Positions 1 through 8,369 of a DNA stretch of 64,000 nucleotides are shown here, piece after piece. The position numbers were made by a program, and so were the translations under genes. The DNA is from a virus. Under the pieces are notes generated by a model. It was not told the origin of the DNA and searched no databases. It saw only the letters and a list, made by a program, of their open reading frames with translations. The stretch lies in IMG/VR virus record IMGVR_UViG_3300003690_003472, positions 32,001 through 96,000 of that record, one strand, 5' to 3'. Positions within the stretch are counted from its first letter, which is position 1; each line of letters begins with the position of its first letter.

Positions 1-66
1 GCGAAAGTTGCATTTTGTAGAGATTTTGATGGAACACTAATCGAAATAGTAGAGGTTACGAAGTAA
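1..66 (+). CDS. C-terminal fragment of a VOC/glyoxalase-family protein (5' truncated by window edge)
   Basis: Frame 1 reads AKVAFCRDFDGTLIEIVEVTK*, matching the VOC C-terminal F.DPDGN.IEL motif; stop TAA at 64-66. Confidence 0.55.
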   Translation, partial: AKVAFCRDFDGTLIEIVEVTK

Positions 67-68
67 AT

Positions 69-167
69 ATGTTTTCTGTAAAAGGCAAAGTAATAATAGT
101 AACTGGCTCCTCCGGAGGCATAGGTTCTGCAAAATCTGCATATCAACTGGAGTATGATGTAAAATGA
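69..167 (+). pseudogene. Truncated short-chain dehydrogenase (32-aa N-terminal remnant)
   Basis: MFSVKGKVIIVTGSSGGIGSAKSAYQLEYDVK*: intact SDR Rossmann TGxxxGIG start, then stop TGA at 165-167 overlapping the next ATG (ATGA). Confidence 0.6.
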
Positions 168-931
168 AACTAGGGCTGATTCAAGGAAGATTAAGTAAGC
201 CAATTGAGGGATATCAAGATACCCCTGTTGATTGGAGGAGTGAATTTGATAGAATGAAAATAATTGGTTTAACTCACATGGAGTGGGTAGTAACTAGTAG
301 ATCTTTTTCTAACAACCCGATATTTTTTGAAAATGTTACTTCATATCCAATTTATTCTATCTGCGCTGATAATCTTGTATCTTCATTAATTGATAACAAA
401 AACTTCTTGCAACACAATCTCTATCCAATATGCGAAGCAGCGTTAAAAAACAACATTGAATATGTCACTATTCCTCTTTTGGAAGCTTCTTCTTTAGAGT
501 GTGATCATAAATTAGATATTTTTTGTAAATTATTTCAAACAATTTGTAAAAAATATCATAAACTTAAATTTTCATTAGAAACGGAATTAGCGATTAATAA
601 GATACCAAAGCTTTTAAACATATCAGATAATATAAGATTAACGTATGACACAGGAAATTCAACAGCGTACGGAATAGATCACAAACTTTATATTAGCAAG
701 TTTTCAAATGTAATAAATAATGTGCACTTAAAGGATAGAGAATTTTCTGGAGCTTCTGTCACACCAGCAACAGGCGATACAGATTTTGATTTAATATTCA
801 GCCTTTTAAATGATCATAAGTATTCTAGTATATACACGCTACAAACTGCAAGAGAAGAAGCAGGCAAGGAAGAACAAACAATAAGTAGACATTGCAACAT
901 TTTAAGGAGTATTTATGCAAAACAAAAGTAA
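164..931 (+). CDS. Sugar-phosphate isomerase/epimerase (xylose isomerase-like TIM barrel, AP_endonuc_2 family)
   Basis: LGLIQGRLS start; metal-ligand motifs SLETE, TYDTGN, NVHLKDR and TLQT; sits in a sugar-enzyme cluster. Confidence 0.75.
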   Translation: MKLGLIQGRLSKPIEGYQDTPVDWRSEFDRMKIIGLTHMEWVVTSRSFSNNPIFFENVTSYPIYSICADNLVSSLIDNKNFLQHNLYPICEAALKNNIEYVTIPLLEASSLECDHKLDIFCKLFQTICKKYHKLKFSLETELAINKIPKLLNISDNIRLTYDTGNSTAYGIDHKLYISKFSNVINNVHLKDREFSGASVTPATGDTDFDLIFSLLNDHKYSSIYTLQTAREEAGKEEQTISRHCNILRSIYAKQK

Positions 932-1739
932 TTTATTTGATTTAACCGGTAAAACCGCAATCGTTACCGGAGCAGGTGGCTTATTAGGGCCAAAGCATGC
1001 TGAAGCGCTATTAGAATATGGAGCCCATGTTGTGCTAACAGATTGGCACGAAGATAGAGTCCAAAAGGTTAGTGAAGAGTTCAATCAGAAATACGGAGAA
1101 GGGAGAACTTCATACTATTATATGGATGTAACTGATAAGCAATCAATTTTAGATGTGGCAAATAAACTAGAAAGAGTTGACATATTGATAAACAATGCGG
1201 CAAAGGATCCAAAGCCAAAGCAGGGCAACGCGCTTTCTCCCGCATCTAGGTTCGAAACAATGACAGAGCAGTTCTGGACAGAGGGAATTGATGCGGCTTT
1301 AAACGGAACTTTTTTATGCTCACAGGCATTTTCTAATAAAATGTTGACACAAGGTGGTGGAGTTATTTTAAACATTTCTTCTGATCTTGGAGTGATAGCA
1401 CCCGATCAGAGAATTTATCGCAAAGAAGGTCTGAAAGAAGAACAACAAAGTGTAAAGCCTATAACTTATTCTGCTGCCAAGTGGGCAATTGTTGGCATGA
1501 CCAAATATCTTGCGGTTTATTTTGCCAAGAAAAACATCAGAGTTAATTGTCTTAGCCCCACTGGTGTAGCCAACGGATATCCAGAGGATTTTGTATCAAA
1601 ATTAACGAATATAATCCCCATGGGTAGAATGGCTGATAGAAATGAATACAAAAGCGCTATAGTTTTTATGTGCTCAGAGGCAAGCTCGTATATGACAGGG
1701 CACAACTTAGTCATGGACGGAGGAAAGACGGTTTGGTAA
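915..1739 (+). CDS. SDR family oxidoreductase (flagellin/LPS-modification PtmA-like)
   Basis: TGAGGLLG, LINNAA, NISS, catalytic YSAAK, RVNCLSP and C-terminal GHNLVMDGG motifs. Confidence 0.9.
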   Translation: MQNKSNLFDLTGKTAIVTGAGGLLGPKHAEALLEYGAHVVLTDWHEDRVQKVSEEFNQKYGEGRTSYYYMDVTDKQSILDVANKLERVDILINNAAKDPKPKQGNALSPASRFETMTEQFWTEGIDAALNGTFLCSQAFSNKMLTQGGGVILNISSDLGVIAPDQRIYRKEGLKEEQQSVKPITYSAAKWAIVGMTKYLAVYFAKKNIRVNCLSPTGVANGYPEDFVSKLTNIIPMGRMADRNEYKSAIVFMCSEASSYMTGHNLVMDGGKTVW

Positions 1740-2485
1740 GCATCATAACAGAAATAGGCTTGAATCACTTTGGAAGTGTAAACTTGGCACATCAATACGT
1801 TGATATATTGGTGAAAACAAAGACAGATGGAATCTCTTTTCAAATAAGAGAACCAGAGTTTTACGAAAGACCAGAAAAAAAACATCTATTTCTTTTAGAC
1901 GAAGACTACATAAGCCTATATAACAAGGTTAAAGCAGGTGGAAAAAAATTTGGAGTCGCCATAGCAGACTTAAATAAAGTCGACTTCTTTGAATCTTTGG
2001 GGGCAGATTTTTATAAAATTATCCGCAATGATATGACAAATGATTTACTTGTTAGTAAATTATTATCAACCGGTAAAAAGGTTATAGTTTCAACTGGATT
2101 AAGCACTAGCAAAGATATAGATAATTTTGTTGAAAAATTTAACCATAATAAAAATTTCGTACTTAATCACACGCAGTTATCATATGAAGAGGGCGATTGT
2201 AATTTGAAAGCCATCAAACACTTGAGGCAGAAATATGACGTACCGATTTCTTTTGGAAGTCACTGTTGTAATCACAATGTTTTATATATGTCCCTTTGCT
2301 TTAAACCAACAGATATTTTATTTTATGTAAAAAGGGATGGTAAAATTAAATATCCGGATGATAAACATGCAATACAATTAAAGGATGTGGCTTTAGTATC
2401 AAAAAATATAAAAAATTTATCAAAAGCAGTAGGTACTGGCCAAAAAACAAAAATAGGAAATAAAATAACGGAGATGAAAATATGA
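1733..2485 (+). CDS. Divergent N-acetylneuraminate synthase (NeuB)-family protein, no C-terminal SAF domain
   Basis: IITEIGLNHFG, ISFQ, FYKI, IVSTG and NHT motifs. Start moved from 1670 to TTG at 1733, which has GGAGG about 9 nt upstream. Confidence 0.7.
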   Translation: MVSIITEIGLNHFGSVNLAHQYVDILVKTKTDGISFQIREPEFYERPEKKHLFLLDEDYISLYNKVKAGGKKFGVAIADLNKVDFFESLGADFYKIIRNDMTNDLLVSKLLSTGKKVIVSTGLSTSKDIDNFVEKFNHNKNFVLNHTQLSYEEGDCNLKAIKHLRQKYDVPISFGSHCCNHNVLYMSLCFKPTDILFYVKRDGKIKYPDDKHAIQLKDVALVSKNIKNLSKAVGTGQKTKIGNKITEMKI

Positions 2486-3132
2486 AAAAAGCATTAGTAT
2501 TAGCAGGAAGCCGCGGCATTGGTAAGGGCATCGCCGACTCTTTGGAAAAGCTTGAAGAAGTCGAAGTACTCAGAACTTCTACAAAAAATTTAGACACCTC
2601 TAATATAGACCAAGTTGATGATCTTATAAAAACAAACCCGAAGGTTGACATATTGGTTTTAAATACAGGAGGCCCCCCTGCTCAAAAGTTTGAAGACATT
2701 ACAAAGGAAGATTGTGATAAATATCATAATCAATTATTTTATAGTTTTTTTAAAATTTTACAACAAGTGCACATGAATGATGGGGGTTATGTATTCTTAG
2801 TATCTTCTTATAACGTGAAAGAGCCAAGTGGAAAGCTTTTGTTGTCTAATGCTTATAGGCTAGCCTTTATAAGCGTTTTAAAATGCCTAAGCAAAGATTT
2901 TGCCAAGCGCAACGTAACCACAATAAATATAGCTCCGGGTCCAATAGATACTGATAGGATCCGCGGCCTAGTAGAAGATATCGAAGCCCTTGAAAGTAGA
3001 TTACCAATGGGAAGACTTGGAAGGACGGAGGAAATAGGAAATTTTGTTAAATCAATAATAGAAAATAATATTAAATACTTAACAGGAGTTACTATTAATT
3101 TTGATGGCGCAAAATCAAATTTTCTATTTTAA
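2482..3132 (+). CDS. SDR family oxidoreductase (FabG-like)
   Basis: LAGSRGIG, LNTGGPP, NIAPGPIDT, PMGRLG and INFDG motifs. Confidence 0.85.
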   Translation: MKKALVLAGSRGIGKGIADSLEKLEEVEVLRTSTKNLDTSNIDQVDDLIKTNPKVDILVLNTGGPPAQKFEDITKEDCDKYHNQLFYSFFKILQQVHMNDGGYVFLVSSYNVKEPSGKLLLSNAYRLAFISVLKCLSKDFAKRNVTTINIAPGPIDTDRIRGLVEDIEALESRLPMGRLGRTEEIGNFVKSIIENNIKYLTGVTINFDGAKSNFLF

Positions 3133-3154
3133 AGATGTTGGAGGGGAAACAAGG

Positions 3155-3496
3155 ATGAAGCACGTTGATAAAGGCTGGGGATATGAAAAATGGATTGTAA
3201 ATAAAAAAGAATATTGTGGCAAGCTGCTTTTTTTCGAAAGCGGGAAAAGATGCTCGTGGCATTACCATAAAATTAAGGACGAGGTGTTTTATTTACATAC
3301 TGGAAAAATGATGATATATTACTCAGATAGTGATGATATAACAAAAGCAAATCAAAAAGTACTAAAGCCGGGCGATAACTTCCACGTGTATACCGGATTA
3401 AGACATCAGATGGTAGCGCTTGAAACTTCAGAACTATATGAATTTTCCACTGAACATTTTGATTCCGATAGTTACAGGATTATAAAAGGTGATTGA
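3155..3496 (+). CDS. Cupin-domain protein (mannose-6-phosphate isomerase type II-like)
   Basis: KGWGYE, SWHYHKIKDEVFY and GLRHQM cupin motifs; GGAGG upstream of ATG 3155 (track start 3101 overlaps the previous gene). Confidence 0.8.
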   Translation: MKHVDKGWGYEKWIVNKKEYCGKLLFFESGKRCSWHYHKIKDEVFYLHTGKMMIYYSDSDDITKANQKVLKPGDNFHVYTGLRHQMVALETSELYEFSTEHFDSDSYRIIKGD

Positions 3497-3807
3497 TGGT
3501 TTATTATATTGATATAGATGGTACTATTTGCCATTATAAAGATGAAGGGCTAGATTATTCAAAAGCTATTCCTGATATTGATCGTATAGAGAAAGTTAAT
3601 AATTTATATGAAGAGGGAAATGTTGTAATTTACTGGACCGCAAGAGGAAGCAACACAGGCATTGACTGGACAGAACTAACAACGCGCCAATTAAATGACT
3701 GGGGCGCGAAATATACGAAGGTGAGATTTGGAAAGCCTCATTATGATTTATTTATTTGTGACAAAGCAATAAATTCGGAGAAATTTTTTAAAGATGAGCG
3801 ACTATAG
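3496..3807 (+). CDS. HAD-superfamily phosphatase (capsule-biosynthesis phosphatase-like)
   Basis: DIDGT, WTARG and GKP...FICDK HAD motifs; TGATG overlap with the cupin stop. Confidence 0.8.
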   Translation: MVYYIDIDGTICHYKDEGLDYSKAIPDIDRIEKVNNLYEEGNVVIYWTARGSNTGIDWTELTTRQLNDWGAKYTKVRFGKPHYDLFICDKAINSEKFFKDERL

Positions 3808-3812
3808 CCCAA

Positions 3813-3863
3813 TTCCGGCCCGGAAGATAAATATATATAGGTCTTAAACAAACGATAAATATA
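3813..3863 (+). promoter_or_regulatory. Quasi-palindrome TTCCGG-C-CCGGAA plus direct repeat GATAAATATA x2
   Basis: Inverted repeat at 3813-3825; GATAAATATA at 3826-3835 and 3854-3863; lies in the intergenic gap upstream of the methyltransferase. Confidence 0.35.
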
Positions 3864-3892
3864 AGTTAGTATATTAAAAAGGAAAATAAACA

Positions 3893-4543
3893 GTGAAGTG
3901 GCAAGATTTAGATGATCGCGATAAAATACAATTGTACGCTGGTGATATTCCCCTTGGCCATCCGCAATCAAGAACTCATATAGGACTGTCTCTAGATAAT
4001 GAAAATCAAAATCATATAAAACACGATGTTACACGGCCCTTTCTTCTGCCCGGCGGCTCTGTATATTCTTTTCAAAGCGAAGATGTTTTTGAACACATTG
4101 AATATGAGAAAATGCCTGCGGTGCTAAATGAGATTTATCGCATACTCCGCCCCGGCGGCTTATGTAGGATATCGGTACCAGATTATCGTTGTGATGTTTT
4201 ATATAATCGTTCCATAAAAACACGAACTGGAGAATTAGTTTTCGACCCAGGCGGTGGAGGGGAGCTAGTTGTTAATTCTGAAACAAACATTTTTTCAGTT
4301 GTTAGCGGAGGTCACGTTTGGTTTCCCACATATGAAAATGTTAAAGATATAATTGAAAAAACAAGGTTCGGGAGCGAAGGAAAATATGAATTTTTACACT
4401 GTCATTATTCTGGCGCCACCGAACTAAAAGAAATTGATTACTTTTTGGGATATATCTCTAGAACACCAGATCACGACGAAAGAGTTAAAAACCCAAGACG
4501 CCCAATGTCGATTGTGGTAGATTTATATACGGAAAAAAAATAA
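3893..4543 (+). CDS. Class I SAM-dependent methyltransferase (Methyltransf_11-like)
   Basis: FQSEDVFEHI and EIYRILRPGGLCRISVPD motifs; GTG start. Confidence 0.8.
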   Translation: MKWQDLDDRDKIQLYAGDIPLGHPQSRTHIGLSLDNENQNHIKHDVTRPFLLPGGSVYSFQSEDVFEHIEYEKMPAVLNEIYRILRPGGLCRISVPDYRCDVLYNRSIKTRTGELVFDPGGGGELVVNSETNIFSVVSGGHVWFPTYENVKDIIEKTRFGSEGKYEFLHCHYSGATELKEIDYFLGYISRTPDHDERVKNPRRPMSIVVDLYTEKK

Positions 4544-5529
4544 TGAAAACAGCACTAATAACAGGGATTACAGGACAAGATGGCTCTTATCTGGCAGACT
4601 TTTTACTAGAAAAGGGTTATAAGGTGGTTGGACTAAAAAGACGCTCATCTTTGTTGTGCACAGATAGAGTGGATCACATCTATAATAATCCAAACTTTGA
4701 ATTACGTTATTTTAATTTAAACGATAGCGGTTGCTTTTTAAGACTTTTGTTGGAATATAAACCGGATGAAGTATATAATTTAGCAGCTCAATCACACGTA
4801 AAAGTTTCTTTTGAAACGCCCGAAGAGACGGTAGAGTCGATTGCAATGGGAACTTTGAGGTTATTGGAAACCATTAGAGCTGTCAATCCAAAGATTAGAT
4901 TTTATCAAGCCTCATCTTCAGAAATGTATGGCATAAATCCAAACTTCCCGTACAATGAAGAATCTAGATTTATGCCAGCTTCTCCATATGCTTGCGCAAA
5001 AACTTTTGCACACAATTTAGTACAAAACTATAGAGTTGGCTATAATATGCATGCATCTTGTGGAATATTATTTAATCACGAATCTCCGAGAAGAGGAGAA
5101 ACTTTTGTTACTAGAAAAATAAGTTTGGCCTGCGCAAAAATTAAACTTGGCCTGCAAGATAAATTATATTTAGGCAACTTAAATGGCAAAAGAGATTGGG
5201 GATTTGCTGGTGATTATGTTGACGCAATGTGGAGAATACTACAACAAAAGAAGCCAGATGATTATGTTATAGCCACTGGAGAAATGCACACAGTACAAGA
5301 ATTTGTAGAATGTGTATTCAATTTCGCAGATTTGGATCATAGAAAATATATAATACAAGATAAAAGTTTGCAACGCCCACAAGAAGTTCCTGCACTAAAA
5401 GGGGATTATTCTAAAGCAAAAGAAATTTTAAATTGGGAACCTACTGTAAAATTTGAAGAATTAGCTAAAATGATGTATAAAGAAGATTTAAAAGTACTTC
5501 TAGAGGGGAAAAATAAAATTGGTTTCTAA
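4543..5529 (+). CDS. gmd: GDP-mannose 4,6-dehydratase
   Basis: TGITGQDGSYLA, YNLAAQSHV, YQASSSEMYG, SPYACAK, LFNHESPRRGETFVTRKI and RDWG motifs. Confidence 0.95.
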   Translation: MKTALITGITGQDGSYLADFLLEKGYKVVGLKRRSSLLCTDRVDHIYNNPNFELRYFNLNDSGCFLRLLLEYKPDEVYNLAAQSHVKVSFETPEETVESIAMGTLRLLETIRAVNPKIRFYQASSSEMYGINPNFPYNEESRFMPASPYACAKTFAHNLVQNYRVGYNMHASCGILFNHESPRRGETFVTRKISLACAKIKLGLQDKLYLGNLNGKRDWGFAGDYVDAMWRILQQKKPDDYVIATGEMHTVQEFVECVFNFADLDHRKYIIQDKSLQRPQEVPALKGDYSKAKEILNWEPTVKFEELAKMMYKEDLKVLLEGKNKIGF

Positions 5530-6367
5530 ACAAACAATAGGTATAGTTGGGCAAGGTTTTGTGGGACTAGCTCTTAAAAAAGGCTTTGAAAAATATTTTT
5601 ATATTGAAACCTATGATAAATATAAAGAGGAAGAATCAAGTTGTACAACAATAGAAGAATTAAGCAAAAAAGCTAATATCATTTTTGCATGTGTACCAAC
5701 GCCAATGAATAGAGATGGAAGTTGTGATTTAAACACAATAAAAGAAGTTGTTCGCGGGATCAACGAAAGTCTCAACGATAATATTATTGTAATTAAGTCA
5801 ACCATACCTCCAGGCACTACAAATAAATTAAACTTAGAATATAAAAATATACAAATTGTTTTTAATCCAGAATTTCTAACAGAGGCTAATTTTATTGAGG
5901 ACTTTAAAAATCAATCAAAAATTATTATTGGAGGACCACGACATGCGTCGACCGTTGTGAAAAATCTATATAGAAAAGCATTTCCAACCACACCATTAAT
6001 AAAAACAGATTCTAAGACAGCCGAATTAGTTAAGTATTTTACTAATTGTTTTTTAGCTACTAAAGTAAGCTTCTCTAACGAGTTTAGGCAAATTTGTGAA
6101 AAAAGTGATATAGATTATGATAAAGTATTAGAATATGCACTTTATGATAAAAGACTAGGAAAGACTCATTTTTCCTCACCCGGACCAGACGGAAAATATG
6201 GTTTTGGTGGATCGTGTTTTCCAAAAGATTTAAATGCATTAATTAAAACATCAGAAGATTTAGGTGTAAATCCAAAAGTATTAAAAGCTGTTTGGGAAAA
6301 AAACCTAGAGGTAAGACCTGAAAAAGATTGGGAAAATTTAAAAGGACGGGCCGTGACTGAATTGTGA
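5519..6367 (+). CDS. ugd: UDP-glucose/GDP-mannose dehydrogenase-family protein (short form)
   Basis: GQGFVG, CVPTP, KSTIPPGTT, NPEFL, KYFTNCFLA.K and catalytic GFGGSCFPKD motifs. Confidence 0.85.
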   Translation: MVSKQTIGIVGQGFVGLALKKGFEKYFYIETYDKYKEEESSCTTIEELSKKANIIFACVPTPMNRDGSCDLNTIKEVVRGINESLNDNIIVIKSTIPPGTTNKLNLEYKNIQIVFNPEFLTEANFIEDFKNQSKIIIGGPRHASTVVKNLYRKAFPTTPLIKTDSKTAELVKYFTNCFLATKVSFSNEFRQICEKSDIDYDKVLEYALYDKRLGKTHFSSPGPDGKYGFGGSCFPKDLNALIKTSEDLGVNPKVLKAVWEKNLEVRPEKDWENLKGRAVTEL

Positions 6368-6561
6368 AACTAGCGATTGGACAATTAGTGACACACCAGC
6401 GCCGTTGGGATTATAAATTAGGACTTATAACTAAAATATTATATACTGAAAAAAATATTCCCTTGTATGTTGTTTTGTGGACGAAGCTTATGTTTCATGA
6501 ACCGCGTACAATTTGGCACTTAGAAGATGAATTAAAAGTGCTTAAAAATGTCTATAGTTAA
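6364..6561 (+). CDS. Small hypothetical protein (possible SH3/KOW-like beta fold)
   Basis: GTG start overlapping the upstream stop; IGQLV...LGLITKI...YVVLW pattern is typical of small phage beta-barrel proteins. Confidence 0.5.
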   Translation: MKLAIGQLVTHQRRWDYKLGLITKILYTEKNIPLYVVLWTKLMFHEPRTIWHLEDELKVLKNVYS

Positions 6562-6579
6562 GAACAAAAGGAGACTACA

Positions 6580-6819
6580 ATGACTACATTACAACATAAA
6601 AATTTATCAAAACAAGCTTTGGGGGCGCTAATGATGGCGCTTCAAAAATCACTTCTAGAACAAAGCGATATTGTTCCAATTTTAGAGGGATTTAAATTTG
6701 TTGACTCAACAGAGGGGTTAGTTGTATTAAATCCCCCCATTGTTAAATTTGATGATGCAGCTGAAGAAAACTTACAACAAAGTTTTAATTTTGACAAGTC
6801 TACAGGAAAATCTGAGTAA
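6580..6819 (+). CDS. Hypothetical protein
   Basis: AAGGAG RBS; co-oriented 79-aa ORF. Confidence 0.7.
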   Translation: MTTLQHKNLSKQALGALMMALQKSLLEQSDIVPILEGFKFVDSTEGLVVLNPPIVKFDDAAEENLQQSFNFDKSTGKSE

Positions 6820-6821
6820 TA

Positions 6822-7076
6822 ATGCCCATTTATATCTATATTTGTAAAGATTGCGACAGTGAGACAAAAATTAGCCATTCTATGTCTGAGACAATTGAAC
6901 ATTGTGAGGCATGTGACGCCACAGGAACACTTGTTAGAATGCCTTCTATGTTTCTTCATATAAAAGAAACATCGAAACAAGAAACAACTGCCGCCTCTCG
7001 CGTCAAAGAGTTTATTGAAGAGGCTAAAGATGACCTTAGTGAACAAAAAAAAATATTGAGGGATAAAAATGATTGA
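6822..7076 (+). CDS. FmdB-family zinc-ribbon protein
   Basis: MPIYIYICKDC...CEAC...LVR signature. Confidence 0.8.
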   Translation: MPIYIYICKDCDSETKISHSMSETIEHCEACDATGTLVRMPSMFLHIKETSKQETTAASRVKEFIEEAKDDLSEQKKILRDKND

Positions 7077-7380
7077 AATATTATTAGGATTTTCTATACT
7101 ACTAAATGGATTTTTTATTTGGTACATTATTAAATTATTAAAAAAGTTTCTTAATGTTTCTGAAGAGTTAGAGGGACTTTTTGTATCTCTTGAGGAATAT
7201 TCTGAACATGTTAATATTGTTTATAAGCTAGAAAGATTTTATGGTGATGCAACATTAGAAAATTTATTGAAACATTCTAAAGCAATTTCCAATCAAGCCA
7301 AGATTTTTCGTACGATTTACGATATGGAATATGAAGAAGACGAAGAAGATGAAGAGAGTTTTGAAGAAAATGAAGAGTAA
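7069..7380 (+). CDS. Membrane-anchored protein with acidic C-terminal tail
   Basis: N-terminal hydrophobic helix ILLGFSILLNGFFIWYII; tail EEDEEDEESFEENEE. Confidence 0.7.
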   Translation: MIEILLGFSILLNGFFIWYIIKLLKKFLNVSEELEGLFVSLEEYSEHVNIVYKLERFYGDATLENLLKHSKAISNQAKIFRTIYDMEYEEDEEDEESFEENEE

Positions 7381-7383
7381 CAT

Positions 7384-8082
7384 ATGGAAAAAAAAAGAAA
7401 TAAAAATCACTATTTTACAAAAGTGCACGAGCAGGCAATAATTGATTATTGCTTAACCGTCGACCTAAAAATAAGAAATCAATTATATGAAATATATATT
7501 GGACCCGCTTTTAATGAAATGGTTGACAAAATTGTTTATACTTACAAATTTACTAATTTACCAAACATTGATTGTTTAAAAGATGATTGTAAGCATTGGT
7601 TAATAACAGTGCTTGGTAAATATGATCCCAACAAAGGCTCTAAAGCTTTTTCTTACTTTAGTGTTATAACAAAAAACTGGTTTATACATCGAGTTAAAAA
7701 AAATAGCCAAAGAACAAAAAGAGAAACGTTAATTGAAAACTATATCTTATCTATAGATTCTGATTACAATCTTTCTAACCATCCTTTAGTTTCATATAAC
7801 ACAATAATTGAAGATGCCATAAATAAAGAATTTTGGAATTCCTTTAAAAAACAAATAGAAAAATGGGAAAAGCTTCCCGTAAGGCAGAATGAAAAAAAAG
7901 TTATTCAAGCAATTAAAATTCTTTTTGAAGAGTCTGAAAATATAGAAATTTTTAATAAAAAAGCTATTTATCTATACATAAGAGAAATTACAGGCCTTAA
8001 TACTAAACAAGTCGTAAGTTCTTTAAATAAAATAAGAGTTCGATATAGGGAATTTAAGACAAAATGGAACAGCGAAAAATAA
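7384..8082 (+). CDS. Phage RNA polymerase sigma factor (sigma70 region 2; gp55-like late sigma candidate)
   Basis: LGKYDPNKGSKAFSYFSVITKNWF resembles sigma regions 2.3-2.4; C-terminal helix-turn-helix-like IREITGLNTKQVVSSL. Confidence 0.75.
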   Translation: MEKKRNKNHYFTKVHEQAIIDYCLTVDLKIRNQLYEIYIGPAFNEMVDKIVYTYKFTNLPNIDCLKDDCKHWLITVLGKYDPNKGSKAFSYFSVITKNWFIHRVKKNSQRTKRETLIENYILSIDSDYNLSNHPLVSYNTIIEDAINKEFWNSFKKQIEKWEKLPVRQNEKKVIQAIKILFEESENIEIFNKKAIYLYIREITGLNTKQVVSSLNKIRVRYREFKTKWNSEK

Positions 8083-8369
8083 AAAATGTTGAAGAATATA
8101 TAAAAGAATCAATTACCAACATCAGAAACGACCGTGCCATTACTTCCATTCTATTAACTGATTTGTTAACAGAGATGAAAAAAACATCTGATTTAGAAAC
8201 CCACAAGCAGTTAGGCCTTATTGCTTCAAAATATGTAGAAACCCTACAGCGCTCAAATGAACAATTAGTTAAAATAACTGGATTATTAAGTAAAAACAAA
8301 GGATCATCTATTCAACTAAATGATGAAGATAAAGAACAACTTTTTGATCTAATTCAGGGTGGTGAATAA
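8064..8369 (+). CDS. Helical hypothetical protein (terminase small subunit-like candidate)
   Basis: All-helical 101 aa; KYVETLQRSNEQLVKI loosely resembles the T4 gp16 oligomerisation helix. Confidence 0.45.
   Translation: MEQRKIKNVEEYIKESITNIRNDRAITSILLTDLLTEMKKTSDLETHKQLGLIASKYVETLQRSNEQLVKITGLLSKNKGSSIQLNDEDKEQLFDLIQGGE

Noticed and set aside
1670-1732. N-terminal extension of the NeuB-like ORF
   Set aside because: Overlaps the SDR gene by 70 nt; homology begins at IITEIG, and TTG 1733 has a GGAGG RBS.
3813-3825. Intrinsic terminator after the HAD gene
   Set aside because: The stem is short with a 3-nt loop and is followed by purine/AT sequence, not a U-tract.
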